Positions 1 to 8,618 of a stretch of DNA of 32,000 nucleotides are shown here, piece by piece. Numbering within the stretch: position 1 is the stretch's first letter; every line of letters starts with the position of its first letter. This DNA comes from Desulfotalea psychrophila LSv54. GTDB taxonomy: Bacteria; Desulfobacterota; Desulfobulbia; Desulfobulbales; Desulfocapsaceae. The notes beneath the pieces were generated by a model. It was given only the letters and a program-made list of their open reading frames with translations, searched no databases and had not been told where the DNA came from. The stretch is taken from positions 690,001-722,000 of the forward strand of contig NC_006138.1 in NCBI RefSeq assembly GCF_000025945.1, read 5' to 3'. The position numbers were made by a program, and so were the translations under genes.

Positions 1-248
1 ATCTTAAAAAATCAAATCGTGTCTTAGTCGATGCCATCTTTGCCATGAGCAAGACCCTTGGTATCGAGGTCATTGCCGAGGGCATCGAATCCAAAGCAGA
101 AGAGGAGTTCCTTCGCCAACAGAATTATGGACTAGCCCAGGGTTTTCGCTATAGCAGACCTGTCCCACTAGAGCCGTTTAAAATTCTCCTCGATCAACAA
201 AAGGAGAGAGGGTATGTCCGTTTTCCCAGCAGTAAAGACGCCCCCTAG
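1..248 (+). CDS. EAL-domain (c-di-GMP phosphodiesterase-type) protein, C-terminal fragment; the gene starts upstream of the window
   Basis: The frame is open from the window edge (codons from nt 3). The translation ...VLVDAIFAMSKTLGIEVIAEGIESKAEEEFLRQQNYGLAQGFRYSRPVP carries the AEG(V/I)E and QG(F/Y)xxSRP motifs typical of the EAL C-terminal half. Confidence 0.8.
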   Translation, partial: LKKSNRVLVDAIFAMSKTLGIEVIAEGIESKAEEEFLRQQNYGLAQGFRYSRPVPLEPFKILLDQQKERGYVRFPSSKDAP

Positions 249-381
249 CAATAACATCCATAATCTTTATCTCTCCAGTTGCGCCTGCTCATTGAATCTC
301 CTCTTATTTTTATTTACATAATAAGAGCGCAGAAAAATAAATAATCCAGTAAAGATAACATTATTCATGTATATGCAATAT

Positions 382-423
382 AGGACAGAATGATCCACAA
401 GAATATCTTGGATTATTCTGCCT
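382..423. promoter_or_regulatory. Imperfect 15/16-bp inverted repeat (AGGACAGAATGATCCA ... TGGATTATTCTGCCT) in the nfn-like gene upstream region; possible operator or leader hairpin
   Basis: Read directly. The arms are at 382-397 and 409-423, separated by 11 nt, about 60 nt upstream of the ATG at 482. A direct repeat ATTCTGC follows. Confidence 0.3.
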
Positions 424-481
424 ATTCTGCTAATTTACCAGTACACTTTCGTACTGTAAAATTGACTAACAGGATAAAGAT

Positions 482-2707
482 ATGTTTGAGATCGTAGAAA
501 ACAGCATCATCGCCCCTAATGTTCACCGCCTTATCATCAAAGCTCCTCGAGTGGCAAAATCCCGTAAGCCGGGACAATTTGTTATCGTCCATGAAGAGGG
601 TGGCGAACGCATTCCCCTTACCATTGCCGACGAGAACATTGAAAACGGTACAATCACCTTAATTATTCAAGCCGTTGGCGAGGGCACCAAGCAAATTGTC
701 AGCAAGCAGGCCGGAGAATTTATCCGTGACATTGCCGGCCCCCTTGGTAAGGCTTCAGAAATTGAAAAAGTCGGTAAGGTGGTCTGTATTGGTGGCGGGG
801 TAGGTACCGCTGTACTCTTTCCCCTGGCCAAGGCCCTTGCCGCAGCAGGCAATGATCTGACAACCATCATCGGTGGTCGTTCAGAGTCCTTTGTCATTCT
901 CAAAGACGAGCTCGCCGTATTTTCTACTCAACTAAAGATAACCACGGAAGATGGTTCTCTCGGTGATAAGGGCTTTGTTACCGGCCCCCTCGCTGAAATA
1001 CTTGAAGACGAGACCAGACGCCCAGAGATTATCTATGCCATCGGCCCCGTTCCTATGATGGCGGCCATCTGTGAACAGACCCGTCCCTACGGCGTCAAGA
1101 CCATTGTCAGCCTCAATCCTATTATGGTAGACGGCACAGGCATGTGTGGCGGTTGTCGGGTAACCGTCGCCAACAAGGTAAAATTTGCCTGCGTCGACGG
1201 CCCTGAATTTGACGGTCATGAGGTTGACTTTAAAGAGCTTGCTGCCAGACAGCGCCAGTATGTCGGCCACGACCACGATCGCCATAAATGTCGCATGGAC
1301 GCAGTAAAGATAGAGACAATCAGCATAAAAGAACGCATGGCAATTCCCCGGGCCCATATGCCCGAGCAGGACGCCAAGATCAGGGCAACCAACTTCACTG
1401 AGGTAAATCTGGGGATCTCTGAAGAGGTGGCCATCCGTGAGGCCCAACGCTGCCTTAACTGCAAGACCCGTCCCTGTGTCTCCGGTTGTCCCGTCGGTGT
1501 CCGTATCCCTGAATACCTGCAGGAAGTTGCCAAGGGCGATTTCGCCGCAGCTGCCAAGATACTCCGTGAAGACAACGCCCTGCCCGCCACCACCGGCCGG
1601 GTCTGCCCACAGGAATCTCAATGCGAGCAGAAATGTGTTCGGGGTAAAAAGGGCGATGCCGTTGCCCTCGGTTGGCTGGAACGCTTTGTCGCTGACTGGG
1701 CTGCCCAAAACCTTAAACCCGAAGTACCCTGCATAGAGAAGACGGGGAAAAAGGTCGCCATTATCGGCAGTGGTCCCGGAGGTCTGACCGCCGCCGGAGA
1801 ACTTGCCCGTAGGGGGCACGATGTCACAGTTTTTGAGGCATTACATACCGCCGGTGGTGTACTTCGTTATGGTATTCCTGAGTTTCGTCTGCCAAAAAAT
1901 ATTGTCGATCACGAGGTGGAAAACCTTGTCGCCCTCGGGGTTAAGTTTGAATTCAACGTCATCATTGGCCAAACCCTGACTATTAAGGAGATAATGGCAG
2001 AATTTGACAGCTGTTTTATCGCCAACGGTGCCGGACTGCCTATCTTCCTCAATTTACCAGGTGAAAACCTCAACGGTGTCTACTCGTCAAACGAATACCT
2101 CACCCGGGTAAACCTGATGAACGCCTATAAGAAGGGCAGTGCAACTCCAATTGTCACTGGTCCTACCACCGTCGTCTTTGGTGGTGGCAACACAGCCATG
2201 GATTCAGCCAGAACAGCTAAACGCATGGGCAGTGAACGAGTAATCCTTGCCTATCGCCGTGGCCGTGACGAGATGCCTGCCCGTCTGGAAGAGGTCATTC
2301 ATGCGGAACAGGAGGGTATCGAGTTCATGTTCCTGGTCGCACCTCTTTCTATTGGTGGCACCGAAGATGGCTGGGTGGAAAATGTTCACCTGCAAAAAAT
2401 GGAACTTGGCGAACCAGATGCCTCGGGCAGAAGACGCCCTGTTGCCATAGAGGGAAGTGAATTTAAAGTAGAGGCTGATATTGTTATCATGTCCATCGGT
2501 ACCACCTCAAATCCACTCCTCACCTCCACATGTCCTGAGCTGGAACTCAACAAGTGGGGTAATATTGTGGTGGACGAAAAGCAGATGAGCTCCATGCAGG
2601 GTGTCTTTGCCGGGGGCGATATCGTCCGAGGCGGCGCCACTGTTATCCTCGCCATGGGCGATGGTAAAAATGCAGCTCAGTCCATTCATGATTATCTACA
2701 AAAATAG
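482..2707 (+). CDS. Fused NfnA/NfnB-like oxidoreductase: N-terminal PyrK/sulfide-dehydrogenase-like FAD/NAD(P) + [2Fe-2S] module joined to a GltD-like (glutamate synthase small-subunit family) module with 2x[4Fe-4S] + FAD + NADPH sites
   Basis: 741-aa ORF with AGGA upstream of the ATG. The N-terminal part carries DGTGMCGGCRV...CVDGPEF (2Fe-2S-type Cys cluster of PyrK/NfnA). The C-terminal part carries CLNCKTRPCVSGCPV and CPQESQCEQKCV (two 4Fe-4S motifs), GSGPGGLTAA (FAD) and GGGNTAMD (NADPH). Confidence 0.9.
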   Translation: MFEIVENSIIAPNVHRLIIKAPRVAKSRKPGQFVIVHEEGGERIPLTIADENIENGTITLIIQAVGEGTKQIVSKQAGEFIRDIAGPLGKASEIEKVGKVVCIGGGVGTAVLFPLAKALAAAGNDLTTIIGGRSESFVILKDELAVFSTQLKITTEDGSLGDKGFVTGPLAEILEDETRRPEIIYAIGPVPMMAAICEQTRPYGVKTIVSLNPIMVDGTGMCGGCRVTVANKVKFACVDGPEFDGHEVDFKELAARQRQYVGHDHDRHKCRMDAVKIETISIKERMAIPRAHMPEQDAKIRATNFTEVNLGISEEVAIREAQRCLNCKTRPCVSGCPVGVRIPEYLQEVAKGDFAAAAKILREDNALPATTGRVCPQESQCEQKCVRGKKGDAVALGWLERFVADWAAQNLKPEVPCIEKTGKKVAIIGSGPGGLTAAGELARRGHDVTVFEALHTAGGVLRYGIPEFRLPKNIVDHEVENLVALGVKFEFNVIIGQTLTIKEIMAEFDSCFIANGAGLPIFLNLPGENLNGVYSSNEYLTRVNLMNAYKKGSATPIVTGPTTVVFGGGNTAMDSARTAKRMGSERVILAYRRGRDEMPARLEEVIHAEQEGIEFMFLVAPLSIGGTEDGWVENVHLQKMELGEPDASGRRRPVAIEGSEFKVEADIVIMSIGTTSNPLLTSTCPELELNKWGNIVVDEKQMSSMQGVFAGGDIVRGGATVILAMGDGKNAAQSIHDYLQK

Positions 2708-2713
2708 ATAATC

Positions 2714-2750
2714 ATCAATTTGGAGCCATTTTTAATGGCTCCAAATTGAT
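2714..2750. repeat. Perfect 17-bp stem / 3-nt loop palindrome (ATCAATTTGGAGCCATT ttt AATGGCTCCAAATTGAT) with no U-tract
   Basis: Read directly. It begins 7 nt after the stop at 2707 and lies upstream of the canonical terminator. Confidence 0.7.
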
Positions 2751-2762
2751 TCTGCAAAACAC

Positions 2763-2806
2763 AAAAAAAGGGTCAAACTCTCATGGAGAGTTTGACCCTT
2801 TTTTAT
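2763..2806. terminator. Bidirectional intrinsic terminator shared by the convergent nfn-like gene (+) and zinc-ribbon gene (-)
   Basis: 13-bp GC-containing stem GGGTCAAACTCTC / GAGAGTTTGACCC. It is flanked by an A7 run on the left and a T7 run on the right. Confidence 0.85.
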
Positions 2807-2831
2807 TAAAACTAATTTTCCGGTAAGAAAA

Positions 2832-3545
2832 TTATAGTGCCTCTGGCTCGTGATACATAATACGATTACAGATGGGACAATCAAACATCAGATCACCACG
2901 AAGTAACATATTATAGCGTTGAGGTGGAATAGCCATATAACAACCCTGACAAACACCATCAAGCACATTCACCATGGCCAGGCCATTGCGACGTTCGCGC
3001 AATATTTCATATTTTTTCAACAGAGATGCTTCAATAGTCGAAGCCTGTTTTTTTCTTTTCTCTGAGCTGCTCTGCTTTTGTTTGTTGATCTTTTCGATGG
3101 CAAGACGAACCTTTTCAGTTTCCTCTGCAACCAACTTCTTCTCACCGCGAAGAAGATTTTTTTCGGTTTTCATTTCGGCAGCAACGGACTCAGACTCTTC
3201 CATTATGGCAATAATCTTAATCTCATTTTCTTTTGCTGCCTTCTTAGCGTCTTCAATCTCTTTAAGAAGAGCAGTTTGCTCACGACCGGTCTGAACCTGC
3301 ATCATCTTAGCCTGACGCTCGCGGACATGGCTCACCTTTTCTTCCATTTCAAGCTCAAGAGTTTTAATCTCACTCTTTTTGCCATTAACGGCTGAATCAA
3401 GACTTTTGATCAACTCTTCCTTATCAGCAAGTGCCTGAATACGTGAATCCAATGCCTCCTGAACAGATTCAATTTGGCCATCAATTTTATCAATCCCAAG
3501 ATCAATTTCTTGCAACACGACTAGTTGTTCTATATTCTCATTCAA
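2832..3545 (-). CDS. Coiled-coil protein with C-terminal C4 zinc ribbon (COG1579 / DUF164-type, the usual partner of Nif3)
   Basis: 237 aa, probable TTG start preceded by GGAGAG. Long heptad-like E/K-rich helix, then CQGCYMAIPPQ...CPICNRIMY (CxxC...CxxC). Sits directly downstream of a Nif3 gene. Confidence 0.8.
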   Translation of the reverse strand: MNENIEQLVVLQEIDLGIDKIDGQIESVQEALDSRIQALADKEELIKSLDSAVNGKKSEIKTLELEMEEKVSHVRERQAKMMQVQTGREQTALLKEIEDAKKAAKENEIKIIAIMEESESVAAEMKTEKNLLRGEKKLVAEETEKVRLAIEKINKQKQSSSEKRKKQASTIEASLLKKYEILRERRNGLAMVNVLDGVCQGCYMAIPPQRYNMLLRGDLMFDCPICNRIMYHEPEAL

Positions 3546-3633
3546 GACCTACTCTCCTATGGAAAACGTTTAAACTCTATCTTTTCTTACAATTATTTTT
3601 TTATAATTCGTCCCAGGGACGAAACACACAATA

Positions 3634-4458
3634 TCAGCGAAAAAAATCGGTGGAAACTGTAACAAAGGGATTCTTCTCGGTAACTGTTTCAAACACCTCT
3701 ATATTCCAACCCGACAGCCCTGCTGCCCGTCGTAAACTATTTGCCATCAAGGATACAGCAAATTGCTCCGTTGCATAATGGCCTGCATCAACAAGGCAAA
3801 AAGAGCACTCTTCAGCCCAGCGGGCAACATCATGCTTTATCTCCGCCGTGATATAGACATCAGCTCCAGCCCTATAGGCCTTCTCGGCAAAACCGGAACC
3901 GCTTCCTCCACAGAGGGCCACCCGAGCAACTCGCTTCGGTACAGAACCTGCTACCTGGACACTGAGCACCGACAGTCTTTCCAGAAGAAGATCACAAAAA
4001 TCCTCCCAGAGAAGGGGAGTAGAAAATTCAGCAAGACAGCCAAGACCTGTACCCTCAATTCCCTCACTACTGGGGAGAAGAGGACAACATTTTTCCAAAC
4101 CAAGGGCTATGGCCAGAGCCTGGCTCACGCCTGAGGCGGCACTATCAAGATTAGTATGACTGGCAATAAGGGAAATTTTATGAAGTAGGGCTTGTTCGAT
4201 AATAATTCCAACGGGAGTGGAAGTATCAATTGCAGAGAGGGGATGAAAGATAACTGGATGATGGGTGATAACCGTATCAGCTCCAAGCTCTATGGCTTCG
4301 GCCAAAAGAGAGGTGGTCGGGTCAAGCCCCACCAATACCCGCTTAACCTGTCGCTCTTTATCACCGACAAGCAGGCCGACATTATCCCAGGACTCTGCGA
4401 GGGATTTAGGGGCATCACCCTCTATACTTTCGAGTATATCTTTTATATAAATAGACAT
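3634..4458 (-). CDS. Nif3-like dinuclear metal centre protein (YqfO/YbgI family)
   Basis: 274 aa. N-terminal WDNVGLLVGD and ITHHPVIF motifs, C-terminal GGSGSGF...GHYATE, all typical of NIF3/GTP cyclohydrolase I type 2 homologues. Confidence 0.85.
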   Translation of the reverse strand: MSIYIKDILESIEGDAPKSLAESWDNVGLLVGDKERQVKRVLVGLDPTTSLLAEAIELGADTVITHHPVIFHPLSAIDTSTPVGIIIEQALLHKISLIASHTNLDSAASGVSQALAIALGLEKCCPLLPSSEGIEGTGLGCLAEFSTPLLWEDFCDLLLERLSVLSVQVAGSVPKRVARVALCGGSGSGFAEKAYRAGADVYITAEIKHDVARWAEECSFCLVDAGHYATEQFAVSLMANSLRRAAGLSGWNIEVFETVTEKNPFVTVSTDFFR

Positions 4459-4492
4459 AACTTATTGAAAACAAGATGCATATACACAGGGG

Positions 4493-4526
4493 ATAAAAAA
4501 AAGGTACAACCCTTAGGCTGTACCTT
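4493..4526 (-). terminator. Intrinsic terminator, minus-strand orientation
   Basis: The minus-strand RNA reads AAGGUACAGCCUAAGGGUUGUACCUU followed by U8 (plus-strand A-run 4495-4502). It is the only terminator-like structure downstream of tRNA-Met. Confidence 0.65.
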
Positions 4527-4720
4527 AATCACCAAATCCACATCGAATCCTGAAGATTCAATCTTTTTTTTCGGAAGTCGAGTAGTGACTCCCTCTCGTA
4601 TATTTTCGTGCATCTCTACCAGAATAATTTCGAGATCCAAGTATATTTCAATATTTCACCTGACCCCAAAACACTCAAAGAGCATTTCAAAATCAAGACA
4701 CGTTTTCTTGCATTAAACAT

Positions 4721-4797
4721 TGGTGGGCGCAGTAGGATTCGAACCTACGACCGACCGGTTATGAGCCGGTGGCTCTGACCAACTGAGCTATGCGCCC
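4721..4797 (-). tRNA. tRNA with CAT anticodon. Elongator tRNA-Met type; a lysidine-modified tRNA-Ile2 cannot be excluded from sequence alone
   Basis: The reverse complement GGGCGCATAGCTCAGTTGGTCAGAGCCACCGGCTCATAACCGGTCGGTCGTAGGTTCGAATCCTACTGCGCCCACCA folds as a cloverleaf. It has a fully paired 7-bp acceptor stem (so not an initiator), a GTTCGAATC T-loop and an encoded CCA. Confidence 0.9.
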
Positions 4798-5028
4798 GCT
4801 GAGCAATGCTGAGCTTCACTATAAAAACCCAATAAGCTAAATATGTCAACTAAAAAAAGCCAAGCCCCCGGGTAAATGAAATTCACCGGACAGAGTTTTT
4901 TGCCCGGGACTAGCCCCTCATTACAATGCTGTAATCTTTATTAAAGCTCGAGGTAATCTGCATCTACTATGCTAGTATAGGAAATCATTAGGCATCAATT
5001 AGATTAAAAAAATTTTCTGAGGAAGAAT

Positions 5029-6096
<1,068 letters not shown>

Positions 6097-6118
6097 GCCC
6101 TTCAACAGGTCAACCAGC

Positions 6119-7027
6119 ATGGAAAAAGAGATCACACGCAATATTCTGAAAAAAGTTCGCCAGATAGAAATTCGCACCAACAGGTTAGTAAACGATAGTC
6201 TGGCAGGAAACTACCACTCTGTATTTAAGGGCCGGGGTATGAACTTTGATGAGGTGCGGGAGTATGTCCCAGGCGATGATATTCGCAGTATCGACTGGAA
6301 TGTTACCGCCCGGACAGGCGTTGCCCATATAAAAAAATTCTCTGAAGAGCGGGAGTTGACCATTATGCTCATGATCGACATCAGCAAATCGGGAGATTTT
6401 GGTTCAGGTGAGTCAAGCAAACGAGAAATGATTGCAGAGTTGGCCTCCGTCCTCGCCTTCTCTGCCATCAAGAATAACGACAAGGTGGGGCTTATTCTCT
6501 TTACCGATGAAATTGAACTCTACATACCCGCCAAAAAGGGTCGTTCCCATATTCTCAGGGTAATTCAGGAGATACTTTTTTTTAAAGCCAAGGGCGTTCG
6601 CACCAATTTGCAAACACCTCTGAACTTTATTAACAGCGTCTGTAAAAAAAAATGTGTCGTCTTTCTCCTCTCTGACTTTTCTCTCACCTCAACCGATGAT
6701 ATTTCAACTCTTCAACCAAGCCTTAAAATAGCCAATAAGTATCATGACCTCATTGCCATCCTCATCAGTGATCCCAACGAACGTCAGCTCCCCAACCTTG
6801 GATGGATCTGCCTGGAAGATGCAGAAACAGGAGAACAGATAGAAATTGACAGTTCAAACCCCAGAGTTAGAGAGGAGTATAACAATCTTATCCTCGCCCG
6901 CCTACGATCGATACAGCAGTCCATTCGCTCCAGTGGCATTGACCTCCTTGACCTCTTAACCAATGAACCCTACCTGCCTAAACTCCTCCACTTTTTCGGA
7001 ATGAGAAGGGAGCGCCGTAGCCGATGA
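6119..7027 (+). CDS. DUF58 domain protein (VWA-like partner of MoxR)
   Basis: Start chosen at the ATG at 6119 (MEKEITRNILKKVRQIEIRT...), just after the MoxR stop. The 6023 start in the ORF track would overlap MoxR by 74 nt. Motifs VREYVPGDDIRSIDWNVTARTG and LMIDISKSG are typical of DUF58. Confidence 0.88.
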   Translation: MEKEITRNILKKVRQIEIRTNRLVNDSLAGNYHSVFKGRGMNFDEVREYVPGDDIRSIDWNVTARTGVAHIKKFSEERELTIMLMIDISKSGDFGSGESSKREMIAELASVLAFSAIKNNDKVGLILFTDEIELYIPAKKGRSHILRVIQEILFFKAKGVRTNLQTPLNFINSVCKKKCVVFLLSDFSLTSTDDISTLQPSLKIANKYHDLIAILISDPNERQLPNLGWICLEDAETGEQIEIDSSNPRVREEYNNLILARLRSIQQSIRSSGIDLLDLLTNEPYLPKLLHFFGMRRERRSR

Positions 7028-7623
7028 AAGTCCTCCTCTTTACCATTGCCATAGCGATTGGATTCAATCCAATAAATATTTTTGCCGCTGTCCAGGCTCC
7101 ACTGCAACTCTCTTCGCAGGCGGCTGTTCAGGCTGATATCGAAGATATTATCGGTCCCGTGCTGCTACCGACCTCCTGGCCATGGGGCACCACTGCTATC
7201 ATAGGCATGGTCATCCTCCTCGCCACCCTTTTGTCTATCTATCTGTATAGAAGGGGACGAAAAAAGAGCGTAGAGTCCGCAGCTGAAATAGCCTTAAAGA
7301 AGATCAACCTTTTAGACGAACCGGAAACACGCAGATATCTGGAGGCAATTTCAAACATACTCAGACAGTATATTGAAACCCAAATGGGTATACGCTCCAC
7401 CAAACAGACCACCAAAGAATTTCTCAACTCCATCGAGATTCTTCAAAACCCAGAGACCACCTCGCTCCTCCATGACCAGGATCTCAAAAGATATCTGCAG
7501 ATATTTGACCAGGCAAAATTTGCCCATCAACTTCCGCAGCAAGCTGATATGCCTCTTATTAAAAACGCCATCGTTGCATTTATTAATGAAACAGCGACCA
7601 ACAGCCAGAAGGAGGCAATGTGA
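7024..7623 (+). CDS. Small membrane protein of Bat operons (DUF4381-like): signal/TM segment, one further TM, then a soluble tail
   Basis: 199 aa. The ATG overlaps the upstream stop (ATGA). Hydrophobic N-terminus plus TM TTAIIGMVILLATLLSIYLY followed by RRGRKK. The position between DUF58 and BatA is conserved in Bat operons (recollection). Confidence 0.7.
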   Translation: MKVLLFTIAIAIGFNPINIFAAVQAPLQLSSQAAVQADIEDIIGPVLLPTSWPWGTTAIIGMVILLATLLSIYLYRRGRKKSVESAAEIALKKINLLDEPETRRYLEAISNILRQYIETQMGIRSTKQTTKEFLNSIEILQNPETTSLLHDQDLKRYLQIFDQAKFAHQLPQQADMPLIKNAIVAFINETATNSQKEAM

Positions 7624-8606
7624 TGCGTTTTGTTCATCCTGAATTTTTATGGCTCCTTCTCCTCCTGCCCCTGCTCGCTTTTTTTCGGGGCAAACAGGGT
7701 CCCGGGCCGGCCCTGATCTTTTCCAGTACCGCCCTTATCGGCCAACTCTCCTCGGTACGCAAGAACTATCGAGGCAAGATTGCCCTCTTCCTGCGCTTGC
7801 TCACCCTTGCCCTGATTATCTGTGCCCTGGCCAGACCCCAGTTGGGAAACACCACCCGGGAAATAAAGAGCAGCGGTATCGATATCCTTCTTGCCGTCGA
7901 CGTCTCCGGCTCCATGCAGGCAATGGACTTTACCCTGAACGGCAAACGAACCAATCGCCTGGAGGTTGTCAAAGATGTTATGGCCAAGTTCATCAGCCAA
8001 CGCCCCAATGACAGTATAGGCCTGGTGGCATTTGCCGGGCGCCCCTATGTGGTTTGCCCACCGACACTTGACCATAACTGGCTCACCCTTCGCCTCCACT
8101 CCCTCTCCATAGGCATGATAGAAGATGGTACAGCCATCGGCTCTGCCATCGGCACCGGCGTCAATAGACTGAGAGAGAAGAAATCTCCGTCACAAATTAT
8201 TATCCTCCTCACCGATGGAATAAACAATGCCGGTAAGGTACCTCCCCTTATTGCCGCTGAGGCCGCCAAAAGCTTTAAGGTTAAGGTCTATACCATCGGC
8301 GCAGGTACCCGGGGAGAGGCACCCATCCCTATCACCGATGCCTTCGGGCGCAGACAACTTGTCCGGGCTCGGGTGGATATTGATGATAAGACACTGAGCA
8401 AGGTTGCCCAAATAACAGGGGCACGATACTTTCGGGCAACGGACACAGAGTCTCTTGAGAAGGTCTACGCCGAAATCAACAGCATGGAAACCACCAGCAG
8501 AAGCATGAAGAAGTTTGAAAACTATCAGGAGCTGTTTCCCTTCCTGATAATGTTCAGCCTCATCCTCCTCTGCTTTGAGATATCTAACAAAAGAAGACTC
8601 CCTTAA
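7623..8606 (+). CDS. batA: BatA-like von Willebrand factor A domain membrane protein
   Basis: ATG at 7623 lies 7 nt after AAGGAGG and overlaps the upstream stop (TGATG). The track's GTG at 7620 is an alternative start. N-terminal TMs, MIDAS motif LAVDVSGSM, ILLTDGINNAG, and a C-terminal TM. Confidence 0.88.
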   Translation: MRFVHPEFLWLLLLLPLLAFFRGKQGPGPALIFSSTALIGQLSSVRKNYRGKIALFLRLLTLALIICALARPQLGNTTREIKSSGIDILLAVDVSGSMQAMDFTLNGKRTNRLEVVKDVMAKFISQRPNDSIGLVAFAGRPYVVCPPTLDHNWLTLRLHSLSIGMIEDGTAIGSAIGTGVNRLREKKSPSQIIILLTDGINNAGKVPPLIAAEAAKSFKVKVYTIGAGTRGEAPIPITDAFGRRQLVRARVDIDDKTLSKVAQITGARYFRATDTESLEKVYAEINSMETTSRSMKKFENYQELFPFLIMFSLILLCFEISNKRRLP

Positions 8607-8618
8607 TTGGACACAACA

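Noticed and set aside
932-1819. 295-aa minus-strand ORF, plus other 60-125-aa ORFs on both strands, inside the nfn-like gene
   Set aside because: They lie antisense or out of frame to a gene with complete cofactor motifs. The translations are low-complexity (G/P/A/R-rich) with no motifs or SD. This is a typical shadow-ORF artefact.
4192-4716. 174-aa plus-strand ORF overlapping the nif3 5' region and the tRNA-Met trailer
   Set aside because: It is antisense to the well-supported Nif3 gene, crosses a terminator hairpin, and has no recognisable domains or RBS.
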